A stretch of 64,000 bases of DNA from an uncultured Flavobacteriaceae bacterium (GTDB taxonomy: Bacteria; Bacteroidota; Bacteroidia; Flavobacteriales; Flavobacteriaceae). Below, in pieces: positions 1-8,795 of the stretch. Under the pieces are notes generated by a model that was given only the letters and a program-made list of their open reading frames with translations, did no database searches and had not been told where the DNA came from. Location of the stretch: contig CALSTO010000004.1 in NCBI GenBank assembly GCA_943789295.1, positions 2,224 through 66,223 on the forward strand. The letters run 5' to 3'. Every line of letters begins with the position of its first letter. The first letter of the stretch is position 1. The translations under genes were made by a program, and so were the position numbers.

Positions 1-19
1 TTAAAAGTCTAAAATAACA

Positions 20-529
20 ATGCATCCTAAAACACCAGAAAATTCAAAAACAATTCAAACAGACCTTGTATTGCCTGGAGATACTAATAGCTTAAACAGT
101 CTCTTTGGAGGAGAGTTATTGGCAAGAATGGATAGAGTAGCTAGTATAGCCGCTATTAAGCATTCAGAACAAATTGTTGTGACAGCATCTGTAAATAATG
201 TTGCTTTTGGAGAACCCGTTCCTGTTGGGAGTATTTTAACAATAGAGGCAAAAGTTTCAAGAGCATTTAATTCCTCAATGGAGGTTTTTATTGATGTTTG
301 GAAACAAAATAAAACCAATCCAAAAAAGACTAAGGTTAACGAGGCTATTTTTACTTTTGTGGCTTTAGATAAACAAGGACAAATAGTAAAGGTTCCGCAA
401 ATTCTTCCAGAAACTAATCTGGAAAAAGAAAGGTATGCAGCAGCATTAAGAAGAAGACAATTAAGTTTAGTTTTAGCCGGAAAATTATCTGCAAAAGAAG
501 CTACTGAACTCAAAGCTATTTTTGATTAA
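20..529 (+). CDS. acyl-CoA thioesterase (hotdog fold, YciA/Acot-like)
   Basis: 169-aa complete ORF. N-terminal LVLPGDTN...FGGELLARMD block is typical of hotdog acyl-CoA thioester hydrolases. The antisense ORF 55..513 is a shadow. Confidence 0.8.
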   Translation: MHPKTPENSKTIQTDLVLPGDTNSLNSLFGGELLARMDRVASIAAIKHSEQIVVTASVNNVAFGEPVPVGSILTIEAKVSRAFNSSMEVFIDVWKQNKTNPKKTKVNEAIFTFVALDKQGQIVKVPQILPETNLEKERYAAALRRRQLSLVLAGKLSAKEATELKAIFD

Positions 530-535
530 ATTAAA

Positions 536-1492
536 ATGTTTTTCAAAAATAAAATAAAATTTACCCTCACTCTTTTACTTAGTGTTTTGCTAATAGGATG
601 CAGTAAAGCACAAAAAAAAGAGAGAACCTCTAACTCTATTTCTTTAAAGATTTTAGGAACCATTCAAGATGGCGGGATCCCTCATATGGGATGTAATGAG
701 CAATGCTGTAAGAGTTACTTTTTAAATCAGACTAAAAGAGTGGGAGTCTCAAGTTTAGGAATTACAAATTTGAAATATGGCACAAATTATCTTATTGACG
801 CAACACCAGATGTAAATTTTCAGTTACAAAGTTTAATTGGAACCGAAAACCCATCTGAAAAATTAAATGGAATATTCTTAACGCATGCTCATATGGGTCA
901 TTATGCCGGTCTCCTAAACTTTGGCAGAGAATCATTAAACAGCGCAAACATTCCCTTATACTTAATGCCTAAATTTCACGATTTTATTATTAATAATGGC
1001 CCTTGGGATCAGTTAGTCTCACTAAAAAATGTTACTCTGTTTAAAATTTATTCAGACAAAGAATTAATACTTGATGACAATCTTAGCTTTACACCCATTC
1101 AAGTTCCACACAGAGATGAATATTCTGAAACAGTAGGGTTTATAATAAAAGGAAACTCAAAAAAAGCTCTTTATATTCCAGATATAGATAAGTGGAATAA
1201 ATGGAAGGTTTCAATATTAGAAATGATTAAAAAAGTTGATTATGCTTTTTTAGACGGAACATTTTATGATTCAAATGAAATTAATAATAGAGATATTTCA
1301 GAGATACCACATCCTTTTATAATTGAAAGTTTAGAGCTTTTTAACACATTAACTAAAAATGAAAAAAAGAAAATTTATTTTATTCATTTAAATCACACAA
1401 ATCCAGTTTTGAATAATAGTTCTAAACAATACAAAAATGTTATTTCTAAAGGATTTAATATTGCTGAAACAGGAATGGAGTTTCTCTTATAA
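536..1492 (+). CDS. metallo-beta-lactamase-fold hydrolase, PqqB-like lipoprotein
   Basis: 318 aa. Lipobox-like LLIGCS near the N-terminus. MBL His cluster LTHAHMGHYAG. Length and layout resemble PqqB-family MBL proteins. Confidence 0.7.
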   Translation: MFFKNKIKFTLTLLLSVLLIGCSKAQKKERTSNSISLKILGTIQDGGIPHMGCNEQCCKSYFLNQTKRVGVSSLGITNLKYGTNYLIDATPDVNFQLQSLIGTENPSEKLNGIFLTHAHMGHYAGLLNFGRESLNSANIPLYLMPKFHDFIINNGPWDQLVSLKNVTLFKIYSDKELILDDNLSFTPIQVPHRDEYSETVGFIIKGNSKKALYIPDIDKWNKWKVSILEMIKKVDYAFLDGTFYDSNEINNRDISEIPHPFIIESLELFNTLTKNEKKKIYFIHLNHTNPVLNNSSKQYKNVISKGFNIAETGMEFLL

Positions 1493-1678
1493 AGCACAGC
1501 TCATATCTTCTCCACAACATAAAGGTGACTTTATTTTTCCTTCACAAGAAGGACATTTAGAGACTTGCACTTGAGAACCATCATTTAGAGTAATGTATCC
1601 ATTTTGTAATGGAACTGAGCATTTACCACAAGTCGCGTTTACTGACATTCCACATTTTGTACATGAGTAAGTTTCCAT
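1487..1678 (-). CDS. small cysteine-rich (putative metal-binding, zinc-ribbon-like) protein
   Basis: 63 aa with 12 Cys arranged as CxxC-x8-CxxC ... CxxC ... CC ... C. Convergent with the upstream MBL gene, with a 6-nt 3' overlap. Confidence 0.55.
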   Translation of the reverse strand: METYSCTKCGMSVNATCGKCSVPLQNGYITLNDGSQVQVSKCPSCEGKIKSPLCCGEDMSCAL

Positions 1679-1705
1679 AATAATTTAGTTTTTAAATTAG
1701 GTTTT

Positions 1706-4177
1706 TTATTTTGTTATTGGGATGTCTTTGTTAATCATTTTAATATCTACTTCATTATTTTCAACTCCCAGTAAATGTTTAGAGAAATGATCTGCCCTTA
1801 ACCAAAAATTGTATTCGGACATATTCCCAAAGCCATGTCTTTGAGTGGGTAATATCATTAAATCAAATCTCTTGTTAGCTTTTATAAGCGCATTAGCAAC
1901 CCTTATCGTTGCTCCTGGATGAACATTATTGTCCATGTCACCAGTTACAAGGAAAAGCTTGCCTTTTAAATTATTAGCCAGTGATTGATTTTTTTCAATT
2001 TCATAAACATAATTTATACTACCGTCATCCTCAATTTTTTCCTTCACGCCGTGATGCGTCTCACTCCACCAGCTATTGTACATTGAATTATCATGGTTTC
2101 CAGCCTGTGAGTATGCTGCTTTAAAAAAATCGGGATATACCAAAATAGCTGCTGTTGACATAAACCCACCACCTGAATGTCCGTATATTCCAACTTTACT
2201 AATATCAATAAAAGAGTGTTTGTTTGCCAATTGTTCTGCAACATATTTTTTATCGGCCAAACCATAATCTCTTAAGTCTCCATAACCATAGTTGTGATAC
2301 CACTTTGATCTATGAGGGTGCCCTCCTCTGTTCCCTAATGTGATAACTACAAAACCAAGCTGCGCCATTCTGTCCAACCTGTCCATACGGGCTGAAAAAG
2401 ATTTATTTACAGACTCTGTTTGAGGACCAGGGTAAACATATTCAAGAAGAGGATATTTTTTTTTATTATCAAAGTCGAAAGGTTTATACATAACTCCGTA
2501 TAAATCTGTAATCCCGTCATCTGCTTTTGCTTTAAAAGGTTCTGGGAATTGGTATCCACTTTCAAACAAGGCACTTAAATCAGTTTCTTCTAAATTCATG
2601 ACTAGTGAGCCATCGGAACTTCTTAGATCCGATTTAGGTATTGTATTTACCCTTGAAAAATTATTTACAAAAAACCTGTGGTTGTCTGAGTGTCTTGTTG
2701 AAGTATTATAATTTCCTTTATTTAATACTTTTGGTTTTCCTCCGTTTAAGGAAACTTTATATGTGTGTTCGTAATAAGGATCAATATTTTTATTAACTCC
2801 ATGCGCAGAAAAGAATAAAGTGTTAGATTTTACGTCAACATGCTTAATATTAAAGCTATGATAACTTCCAGACGTAATACGATTAATTAGATTTCCATTA
2901 GAATCGTATCTATAAAAATGACCCCAACCGTCTTCCTCGGACCAATGAATTATTTCAGATTCATTTTTTATAAGATAGACAGGTTTAGTTTCATAAAAGT
3001 AGGTATTAGTTTTATTCTTAATTAAAACTTTTACTTTCCCAGTGTTTAAATCTGCTACACATATATCTAGCTTTTTTCTGTCTCTACTTATTGTATTAAA
3101 ATAAATGTTGTTTTTTTCTGAAAGAAGAAGCGTGGGTTTAAAATCATTCTCACTTTCCGAGGGCTTCCTAGGCTTACTAAAAATCGATATGTATTGTTGC
3201 TTGGAACTGTCAAGATCAACTTTTTTTATTTCTTTTTTAGGGATATCAAAAATTAAAATCTCTCTTTTATAATATTCTGTCTCACCAGGCATATGGTATT
3301 TATATGTTTCTAGAGTGGGTCTTTTTTTGGCAATTGAATTTATAACCCATAGATCTTTAATCTCTCTACTGTCGGTTCTTTGATATACAAACTTTTTTGA
3401 GTCAGAAGACCAATATCCCCTTACTGGGAACTTATCGTCTTTCTTTTTTTCAATTTCTTCATTGTCTAATCCTCTGCCATAACCTCCATATCCATAGTCT
3501 TTAACGCCATCTTTAGTCCATTGGTTCTCTACAATTGTTGAGTCTTTTTCGTTCTTTGTTGCTTTTAAAAAATTTTCTTTATCCATCCAATACAAATTGA
3601 ATTTTTTTGAATAAAAAACTATCGTACTATCAGGAGCAATATTTGCCCACTTTTTCCAATCTTCTTTTGGAGTTTTTTTATTACTCAATAATGTTAGCTT
3701 GTTGCTTCCAAGAATATATTTTAAAAGAAAAACTTTTTTATTTTTTTTATCTTTTTCAGCTTTCTTTTTTTCTGAATCCTTAGTCTCTTCATCCTCAAAT
3801 TTTGAAGTGACTCTAAATTTAATGGCAGTTTCATTATCTATAAATTTAAAATCAAACCTAGGCAAGTGCTTGGCATCGTATGGATCTTTAGTTATTTCCG
3901 TAAGCCATGCTGCCATTTTATCATTATCAAAAAGTTTTTTCTTTGTTTTTTTATTTGGATCAACTATGTAATAGCTAGACCCTTCAGTTGTTTTATATTG
4001 ATACCAAAACTTATCTCCATTTTTTAACCAGCGTGGGTTAACTGAGGTTGAATGCACCAGTTTTGCTATTTTTTTTGGCGAAAATTTTGCAGCCAATTCA
4101 TAATTAGGAATTACGTCCTGCTGAGAGTATGAAGAAAAAAGTGTTAATATAAAGATTAAGTAAGTAAGTTTTTTCAT
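1706..4177 (-). CDS. S9 family peptidase, dipeptidyl-peptidase IV-like
   Basis: 823 aa. Signal peptide. Long N-terminal propeller-type region. C-terminal alpha/beta hydrolase with nucleophile elbow IYGHSGGGFMS plus later D and H (QRHGF). Confidence 0.9.
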   Translation of the reverse strand: MKKLTYLIFILTLFSSYSQQDVIPNYELAAKFSPKKIAKLVHSTSVNPRWLKNGDKFWYQYKTTEGSSYYIVDPNKKTKKKLFDNDKMAAWLTEITKDPYDAKHLPRFDFKFIDNETAIKFRVTSKFEDEETKDSEKKKAEKDKKNKKVFLLKYILGSNKLTLLSNKKTPKEDWKKWANIAPDSTIVFYSKKFNLYWMDKENFLKATKNEKDSTIVENQWTKDGVKDYGYGGYGRGLDNEEIEKKKDDKFPVRGYWSSDSKKFVYQRTDSREIKDLWVINSIAKKRPTLETYKYHMPGETEYYKREILIFDIPKKEIKKVDLDSSKQQYISIFSKPRKPSESENDFKPTLLLSEKNNIYFNTISRDRKKLDICVADLNTGKVKVLIKNKTNTYFYETKPVYLIKNESEIIHWSEEDGWGHFYRYDSNGNLINRITSGSYHSFNIKHVDVKSNTLFFSAHGVNKNIDPYYEHTYKVSLNGGKPKVLNKGNYNTSTRHSDNHRFFVNNFSRVNTIPKSDLRSSDGSLVMNLEETDLSALFESGYQFPEPFKAKADDGITDLYGVMYKPFDFDNKKKYPLLEYVYPGPQTESVNKSFSARMDRLDRMAQLGFVVITLGNRGGHPHRSKWYHNYGYGDLRDYGLADKKYVAEQLANKHSFIDISKVGIYGHSGGGFMSTAAILVYPDFFKAAYSQAGNHDNSMYNSWWSETHHGVKEKIEDDGSINYVYEIEKNQSLANNLKGKLFLVTGDMDNNVHPGATIRVANALIKANKRFDLMILPTQRHGFGNMSEYNFWLRADHFSKHLLGVENNEVDIKMINKDIPITK

Positions 4178-4206
4178 AATAATATTTTTAAAAATTTATT
4201 CATTTA

Positions 4207-5259
4207 TTATAGCCCTAGAATATCATTTATATGTTTTTGATTGGTATCTCCTGCGGCAAAATCGTCAAAAGCTTTTTTTGAAACCTCAATGATATGATCT
4301 TTTATAAACTTAGATCCTTCTTTAGCCCCTTGCTCAGGTGATTTTATGCAACACTCCCATTCTAATACCGCCCATCCATTAAAATCATATTGACTTAATT
4401 TTGAAAAAATTCCTTTAAAATCTACTTGACCGTCACCCAGAGATCTGAATCTGCCTGGTCTATCAATCCAATCTTGATACCCTCCATACACACCTGATTT
4501 GCCATTTGCATTAAATTCAGCATCTTTAACATGGAACATTTTAATAAACTCATGATAATGATCGATATATTTTAAATAATCCATTTGCTGTAAAACGAAA
4601 TGGCTAGGATCATATAGAATTTTGACTCTTGAATGGTTGTTGGTCGCTTTTAAGAATCTTTCAAAAGTTACACCATCATGTAGGTCCTCCCCAGGGTGAA
4701 TTTCATAACAAACATCGACTCCATTATTATCAAAATGATTTAAAATCGGATTCCACCTTTTTGCTAACTCATTGAATCCCGTTTCAACAAGTCCTTTCGG
4801 CCTTTGAGGCCAAGGATACATTGTGTGAAAAAGTAAAGACCCTGAAAAAGTTGCCATTTCAGTTAAGCCTAAGTGCTTACTGGCATTAGAGGCATGTTTT
4901 AATTGATCAATTGCCCATTCTGTTCTACCTTTGACGTTGCCTTGAAGATTTTTAGGAGCAAATGCATCAAACATTTTATCGTATGCATAATGAGAGGCAA
5001 CTAGTTGCCCCTGTAAGTGAGTAGAAAGTTCTGAAATTTCCATTCCGGCTTCTTTAACTATTCCTTTAATTTCATCACAATACGTTTTGCTTTCCCCTGC
5101 TTTTTTTACATCAATCAATCCTTCTTCCCATGTTGGAATTTGAACTGCTTTATAGCCTAAATTACTAGCCCATTCACATATGTTTTTTAGGTTATTAAAA
5201 GGTTTTTCTCCTCCTACAAACTGAGCTAAAAAAATACCAGGCCCTTTAATTGTTTTCAT
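4207..5259 (-). CDS. sugar phosphate isomerase/epimerase (xylose-isomerase-like TIM barrel)
   Basis: 350 aa. Pattern typical of AP-endonuclease-2/xylose-isomerase-like TIM barrels (YEIHPGEDLHD, HVKD, LEWE). Last gene of a three-gene minus-strand cassette. Confidence 0.75.
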   Translation of the reverse strand: MKTIKGPGIFLAQFVGGEKPFNNLKNICEWASNLGYKAVQIPTWEEGLIDVKKAGESKTYCDEIKGIVKEAGMEISELSTHLQGQLVASHYAYDKMFDAFAPKNLQGNVKGRTEWAIDQLKHASNASKHLGLTEMATFSGSLLFHTMYPWPQRPKGLVETGFNELAKRWNPILNHFDNNGVDVCYEIHPGEDLHDGVTFERFLKATNNHSRVKILYDPSHFVLQQMDYLKYIDHYHEFIKMFHVKDAEFNANGKSGVYGGYQDWIDRPGRFRSLGDGQVDFKGIFSKLSQYDFNGWAVLEWECCIKSPEQGAKEGSKFIKDHIIEVSKKAFDDFAAGDTNQKHINDILGL

Positions 5260-5262
5260 TTA

Positions 5263-6402
5263 TTAATTATTAAGTTCAACCCAAATGTTTCCTTTGGAAT
5301 TGGATTCTATAGTTTTTTCAATAAAGTCCATTCCTCTTACCCCATCTTCAATTGATGGAAATTCTGCAGTTTGAAAAGATTCTTTTCTAATTGCACGAGC
5401 AACCCCTTTATAGATGTTACCCATTGAATCAAATATTCCCTCCGGATGACCAGGAGGAAGCTTAGTCCCGTCAAGTGAAAGCTCGTCATTATATGAGTGT
5501 CCGGATTTTAACACTCTCATGGGAGCATCGTCTGTTAGGTGATATAAATAGTTTGGATTTTCTTGCTCCCATTTTAAAGCTCCTTTTTCTCCGTACACAT
5601 TTATTCTTAAGTTGTTTTCTTCACCAGTTGCTATTTGACTAGAACGAATAGTTCCTCTTGCATTTGTAGAAAAATGAATCAAGATATTAGCATCTATATC
5701 CATTGGATTATCATCATATAGTGTGTTTAAATCGGCCAACACGCTCTTGACTTTCATTCCAGTGACAAGCTCAACCATGTTAAAAGCATGAGTCCCTATA
5801 TCTCCAACACAACAACTAATTCCTGATTTTTCAGGATCTAACCTCCAAGTTGAATTTCTTTTTTCTTTTTCGTGAATTACAGGATTTAACCATCCTTGTA
5901 AATATTGGGCATCAACTTTTTGAATTTTTCCAATTGTTCCGTTTGAAATCATTTTAGTCATTTGCCTTACCATTGGATATCCAGTATATGTGTAGGTCAC
6001 GGCAAAAACAAGATTTTTTTCTTGTTGAATTTTTTCTAATTCAAGAGCCTCCTTGTAAGTTGTTGTTAGTGGTTTTTCACAAATAACATTAAAATTATTT
6101 TCAAGCAACTTTTTTGCCATTGGATAGTGAAGAAAATTAGGGGTTAAAACAGAAACTACCTCCATTCTATCACCATCACCTAATTTTGATTCCTCTTGAA
6201 TCATTGTTTCAAAATCTCTATATATTCTAGATTCTTTTAACCCTAGTTTTTTTGCAAAAGCAACATTATCAGGATAATTTGGATTAAACACACCGCCTAC
6301 TATTTCATATCTGTCAAACATGCTTGATGCGACTCTATGGAGAACCCCAATTAATGAATCACCACCTCCACCTAAAATTCCTAATCTAATTTTATTATTC
6401 AT
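5263..6402 (-). CDS. Gfo/Idh/MocA family oxidoreductase
   Basis: Rossmann start MNNKIRLGILGGGGDSLIG. I place the start at the internal ATG (6402), because the 72-nt extension in the ORF track overlaps the upstream MFS 3' end. Confidence 0.85.
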   Translation of the reverse strand: MNNKIRLGILGGGGDSLIGVLHRVASSMFDRYEIVGGVFNPNYPDNVAFAKKLGLKESRIYRDFETMIQEESKLGDGDRMEVVSVLTPNFLHYPMAKKLLENNFNVICEKPLTTTYKEALELEKIQQEKNLVFAVTYTYTGYPMVRQMTKMISNGTIGKIQKVDAQYLQGWLNPVIHEKEKRNSTWRLDPEKSGISCCVGDIGTHAFNMVELVTGMKVKSVLADLNTLYDDNPMDIDANILIHFSTNARGTIRSSQIATGEENNLRINVYGEKGALKWEQENPNYLYHLTDDAPMRVLKSGHSYNDELSLDGTKLPPGHPEGIFDSMGNIYKGVARAIRKESFQTAEFPSIEDGVRGMDFIEKTIESNSKGNIWVELNN

Positions 6403-6415
6403 TCTATTAATTTTA

Positions 6416-7627
6416 CTAAACTCTACTTTCTTCCAATTTATTTCTAAACACAAATAAAATTCCAAATAAGACAACTAATGCAAGTGGGAAATAGGTCATA
6501 TTTCCTAAAGCAGCTTGACCAGCTATAACTTCGGCAGCATCTTCTGCCGCACCAGAATTTAATGCAATTTGTTTTTCTTCGTCAAGCCATGATCCAATTA
6601 CAGGATTCCACATTCCTGTGGCCAACATTCCTGCACCTCCAACAAGAGACATTCCTAACGCTCCTGTTTTTGGCAAATATTCAGAAACAAACCCTATCAT
6701 AGTTGGCCAGAAATAACAAACTCCAATGGCAAATAGTGCAGAAGCCACATAAAGCATTTGACCATCAACTTGTGACATCATAAAAATTGCTATTGTTGTT
6801 ACTATCGCTGATAAAAATAAAACGCCAATTGGATTAAGCTTATGAATAATTGGTCCAGCAAAATATCTTCCAACGGCCATAATCCCAGTGATAAGAGCTA
6901 AAATTAACATTGGACTCGCACCTGATTTTTCAAGAAGTGGGTTGAGCCACTGCTGTGTTCCTAGTTCTGCAGTTGCAGTTAAGGTCATACAAATAGCTAT
7001 GAAAATAAATAATGGAGTAAATAAAGATTTTAAATTAAGAAAAGTATCAGATTCTATATGCTGAGTTTTAGGAAATTCTTCCTTTAGAAATAGATATCCA
7101 TAAATTAGAGTAGGCACAAGCATTATTGCAATTTGAGGTTGCCATCCTAATCCAAAATCTGTCATAAATTTTGAAGTTAGAGAGCCTATAACTATTCCAC
7201 CAGGAAACCAAACATGAAATTTATTTAACATAGTTGTCCTGTTCTTTGAATACATGTCTGCTATTAATGGATTACACGCAGCTTCAACAGATCCATTTGC
7301 GAAACCAATAAAAAACGAAGAAATTAAAAGAGTAGCAAATCCTCCTGCATATATGGTCATTATAAGGCCGACTATATGTGAGAAAAATGCAATAGTCATA
7401 AGTTTTTTTGCACCTAACAAATTATATAAAAACCCTCCAAAGATAGTGGCAACAGGAAACCCCCAAAAGGCCATCGCATTTACAAATCCAAGTTGAGTAT
7501 TATTAATTTCAAAATCTTCTCCAAGCTGTCCAAGAATTCCTGCTCGAATTGCAAATGTCATCGCAGTTACTATAAGCGAAATACAAGCAGCTATAAATAA
7601 TTTATTTTTTGATATTGCACTGTTCAT
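6416..7627 (-). CDS. MFS transporter (sugar-type)
   Basis: 403 aa, about 12 hydrophobic segments. First gene of the MFS-oxidoreductase-isomerase cassette. Confidence 0.85.
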   Translation of the reverse strand: MNSAISKNKLFIAACISLIVTAMTFAIRAGILGQLGEDFEINNTQLGFVNAMAFWGFPVATIFGGFLYNLLGAKKLMTIAFFSHIVGLIMTIYAGGFATLLISSFFIGFANGSVEAACNPLIADMYSKNRTTMLNKFHVWFPGGIVIGSLTSKFMTDFGLGWQPQIAIMLVPTLIYGYLFLKEEFPKTQHIESDTFLNLKSLFTPLFIFIAICMTLTATAELGTQQWLNPLLEKSGASPMLILALITGIMAVGRYFAGPIIHKLNPIGVLFLSAIVTTIAIFMMSQVDGQMLYVASALFAIGVCYFWPTMIGFVSEYLPKTGALGMSLVGGAGMLATGMWNPVIGSWLDEEKQIALNSGAAEDAAEVIAGQAALGNMTYFPLALVVLFGILFVFRNKLEESRV

Positions 7628-7745
7628 AATATTGTTGTTGGTTTTATTATTATCAAGATACTAATTTCTTTTAAAAACTTTAGATTGATTCGGTCAATCT
7701 AGATAAAAGGACTATTAAAATCTTTAGAATACTTTAATCGTGGGA

Positions 7746-7922
7746 CTAATCTTTATGTGATCCGTCACAAAAGGGTAAATTTTCTGACTTATTACATCCA
7801 CAAAGAGTAAATCGTTTACCGTGCTTTAATTTATTACCATATTCATCTGTTAAAGAAACTGAACCTTCAACAACAATTTGCCCTTTAGACTTTCTAAAAA
7901 TTTTTGCAGAGTTATCTTTCAT
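7746..7922 (-). CDS. CDGSH iron-sulfur domain protein (58 aa, not in ORF track)
   Basis: Own translation: MKDNSAKIFRKSKGQIVVEGSVSLTDEYGNKLKHGKRFTLCGCNKSENLPFCDGSHKD. This matches C-x-C-x2-S-x3-P-x-C-D-G-S-H exactly. Its ATG overlaps the TGA of the upstream gene (ATGA). Confidence 0.75.
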   Translation of the reverse strand: MKDNSAKIFRKSKGQIVVEGSVSLTDEYGNKLKHGKRFTLCGCNKSENLPFCDGSHKD

Positions 7923-8752
7923 TTAAAAAACAATGTAGGAGTGTTTTTTACATATTCATTATATGAGTCTAAGTGTCCCCATTTCTTTTTTCCACTCTCC
8001 TCTAAGAGTCTAACGCCACTTACATAAACCAGTAATAAATATGTAAATAGTGGAGATACAAGTGTTAAATATTGTAGACCCGAGAGGGATGAAAGAGACA
8101 TAATAGAAATTCCTAGCCACAACAGTATTTCTCCAAAATAATTTGGATGTCTTGATTTAGACCATAGACCTGTATTTATAAATTTATCTTTATTTTCTGC
8201 AATTGATCGAAATTTTGATTTTTGTTTGTCTGCTATTACTTCAATTAAAAAACCAAATAAAAACAATCCAAAACCTATGTATAAGTATATATTTGGGACA
8301 ACGCCAGTGTCGCTTGAAAGAGCAGTTAAGGCACATAGACTACACATTGAAACCCACATTCCTTGTAATGACCATGCTAAAAAAAATCTAGTAGGAGATT
8401 GTTTAATTTCTTTAAACCTTTTGTCTTCACCTGCTTTTTTAATTCTAAAAAAAAGAAAACTCCCAAGTCTCACTGCCCAGACAATTATAGCAATTCCTAA
8501 TATTAAATTTAAAAGATTTTCAGAGGAATCATATAAAATGTAAGACACAGCAAAAATATAAGTAGAACTTCCAGCTAAGTCATAAAATTTTTCTGTTCTA
8601 AGAAGATATGCTGGAATAAATAACACCCATTGAATTACGAAAATATATAATATTACATTTTGTAAAACAGGAATTTCAGTTAAAAAAGCTAGCAAATAAC
8701 AAATTGAAAATGCTGAAAAAGAAATCAATAAGTGAATTAGTTTTTTTAACAT
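7919..8752 (-). CDS. DUF1295 / steroid-5-alpha-reductase-like membrane protein
   Basis: 277 aa polytopic protein. C-terminal SRHPNYFGEILLWLG motif is characteristic of the DUF1295/ICMT-like reductase-methyltransferase superfamily. Confidence 0.7.
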   Translation of the reverse strand: MLKKLIHLLISFSAFSICYLLAFLTEIPVLQNVILYIFVIQWVLFIPAYLLRTEKFYDLAGSSTYIFAVSYILYDSSENLLNLILGIAIIVWAVRLGSFLFFRIKKAGEDKRFKEIKQSPTRFFLAWSLQGMWVSMCSLCALTALSSDTGVVPNIYLYIGFGLFLFGFLIEVIADKQKSKFRSIAENKDKFINTGLWSKSRHPNYFGEILLWLGISIMSLSSLSGLQYLTLVSPLFTYLLLVYVSGVRLLEESGKKKWGHLDSYNEYVKNTPTLFFK

Positions 8753-8795
8753 ACTTTAAATATACTAAACTTAATTTTTAAGTTAAATTTGATTT

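Noticed and set aside
55-513. 152-aa ORF antisense to the acyl-CoA thioesterase gene
   Set aside because: It is fully embedded opposite a well-supported gene. Its composition (S/L/F/T-rich, no motifs) is typical of shadow ORFs in AT-rich coding DNA.
6403-6474. 24-codon N-terminal extension of the Gfo/Idh/MocA ORF given in the track
   Set aside because: The extension overlaps the 3' end of the upstream MFS gene and precedes the Rossmann motif. The ATG at 6402 gives a canonical MNNKIRLGILGGGG start.
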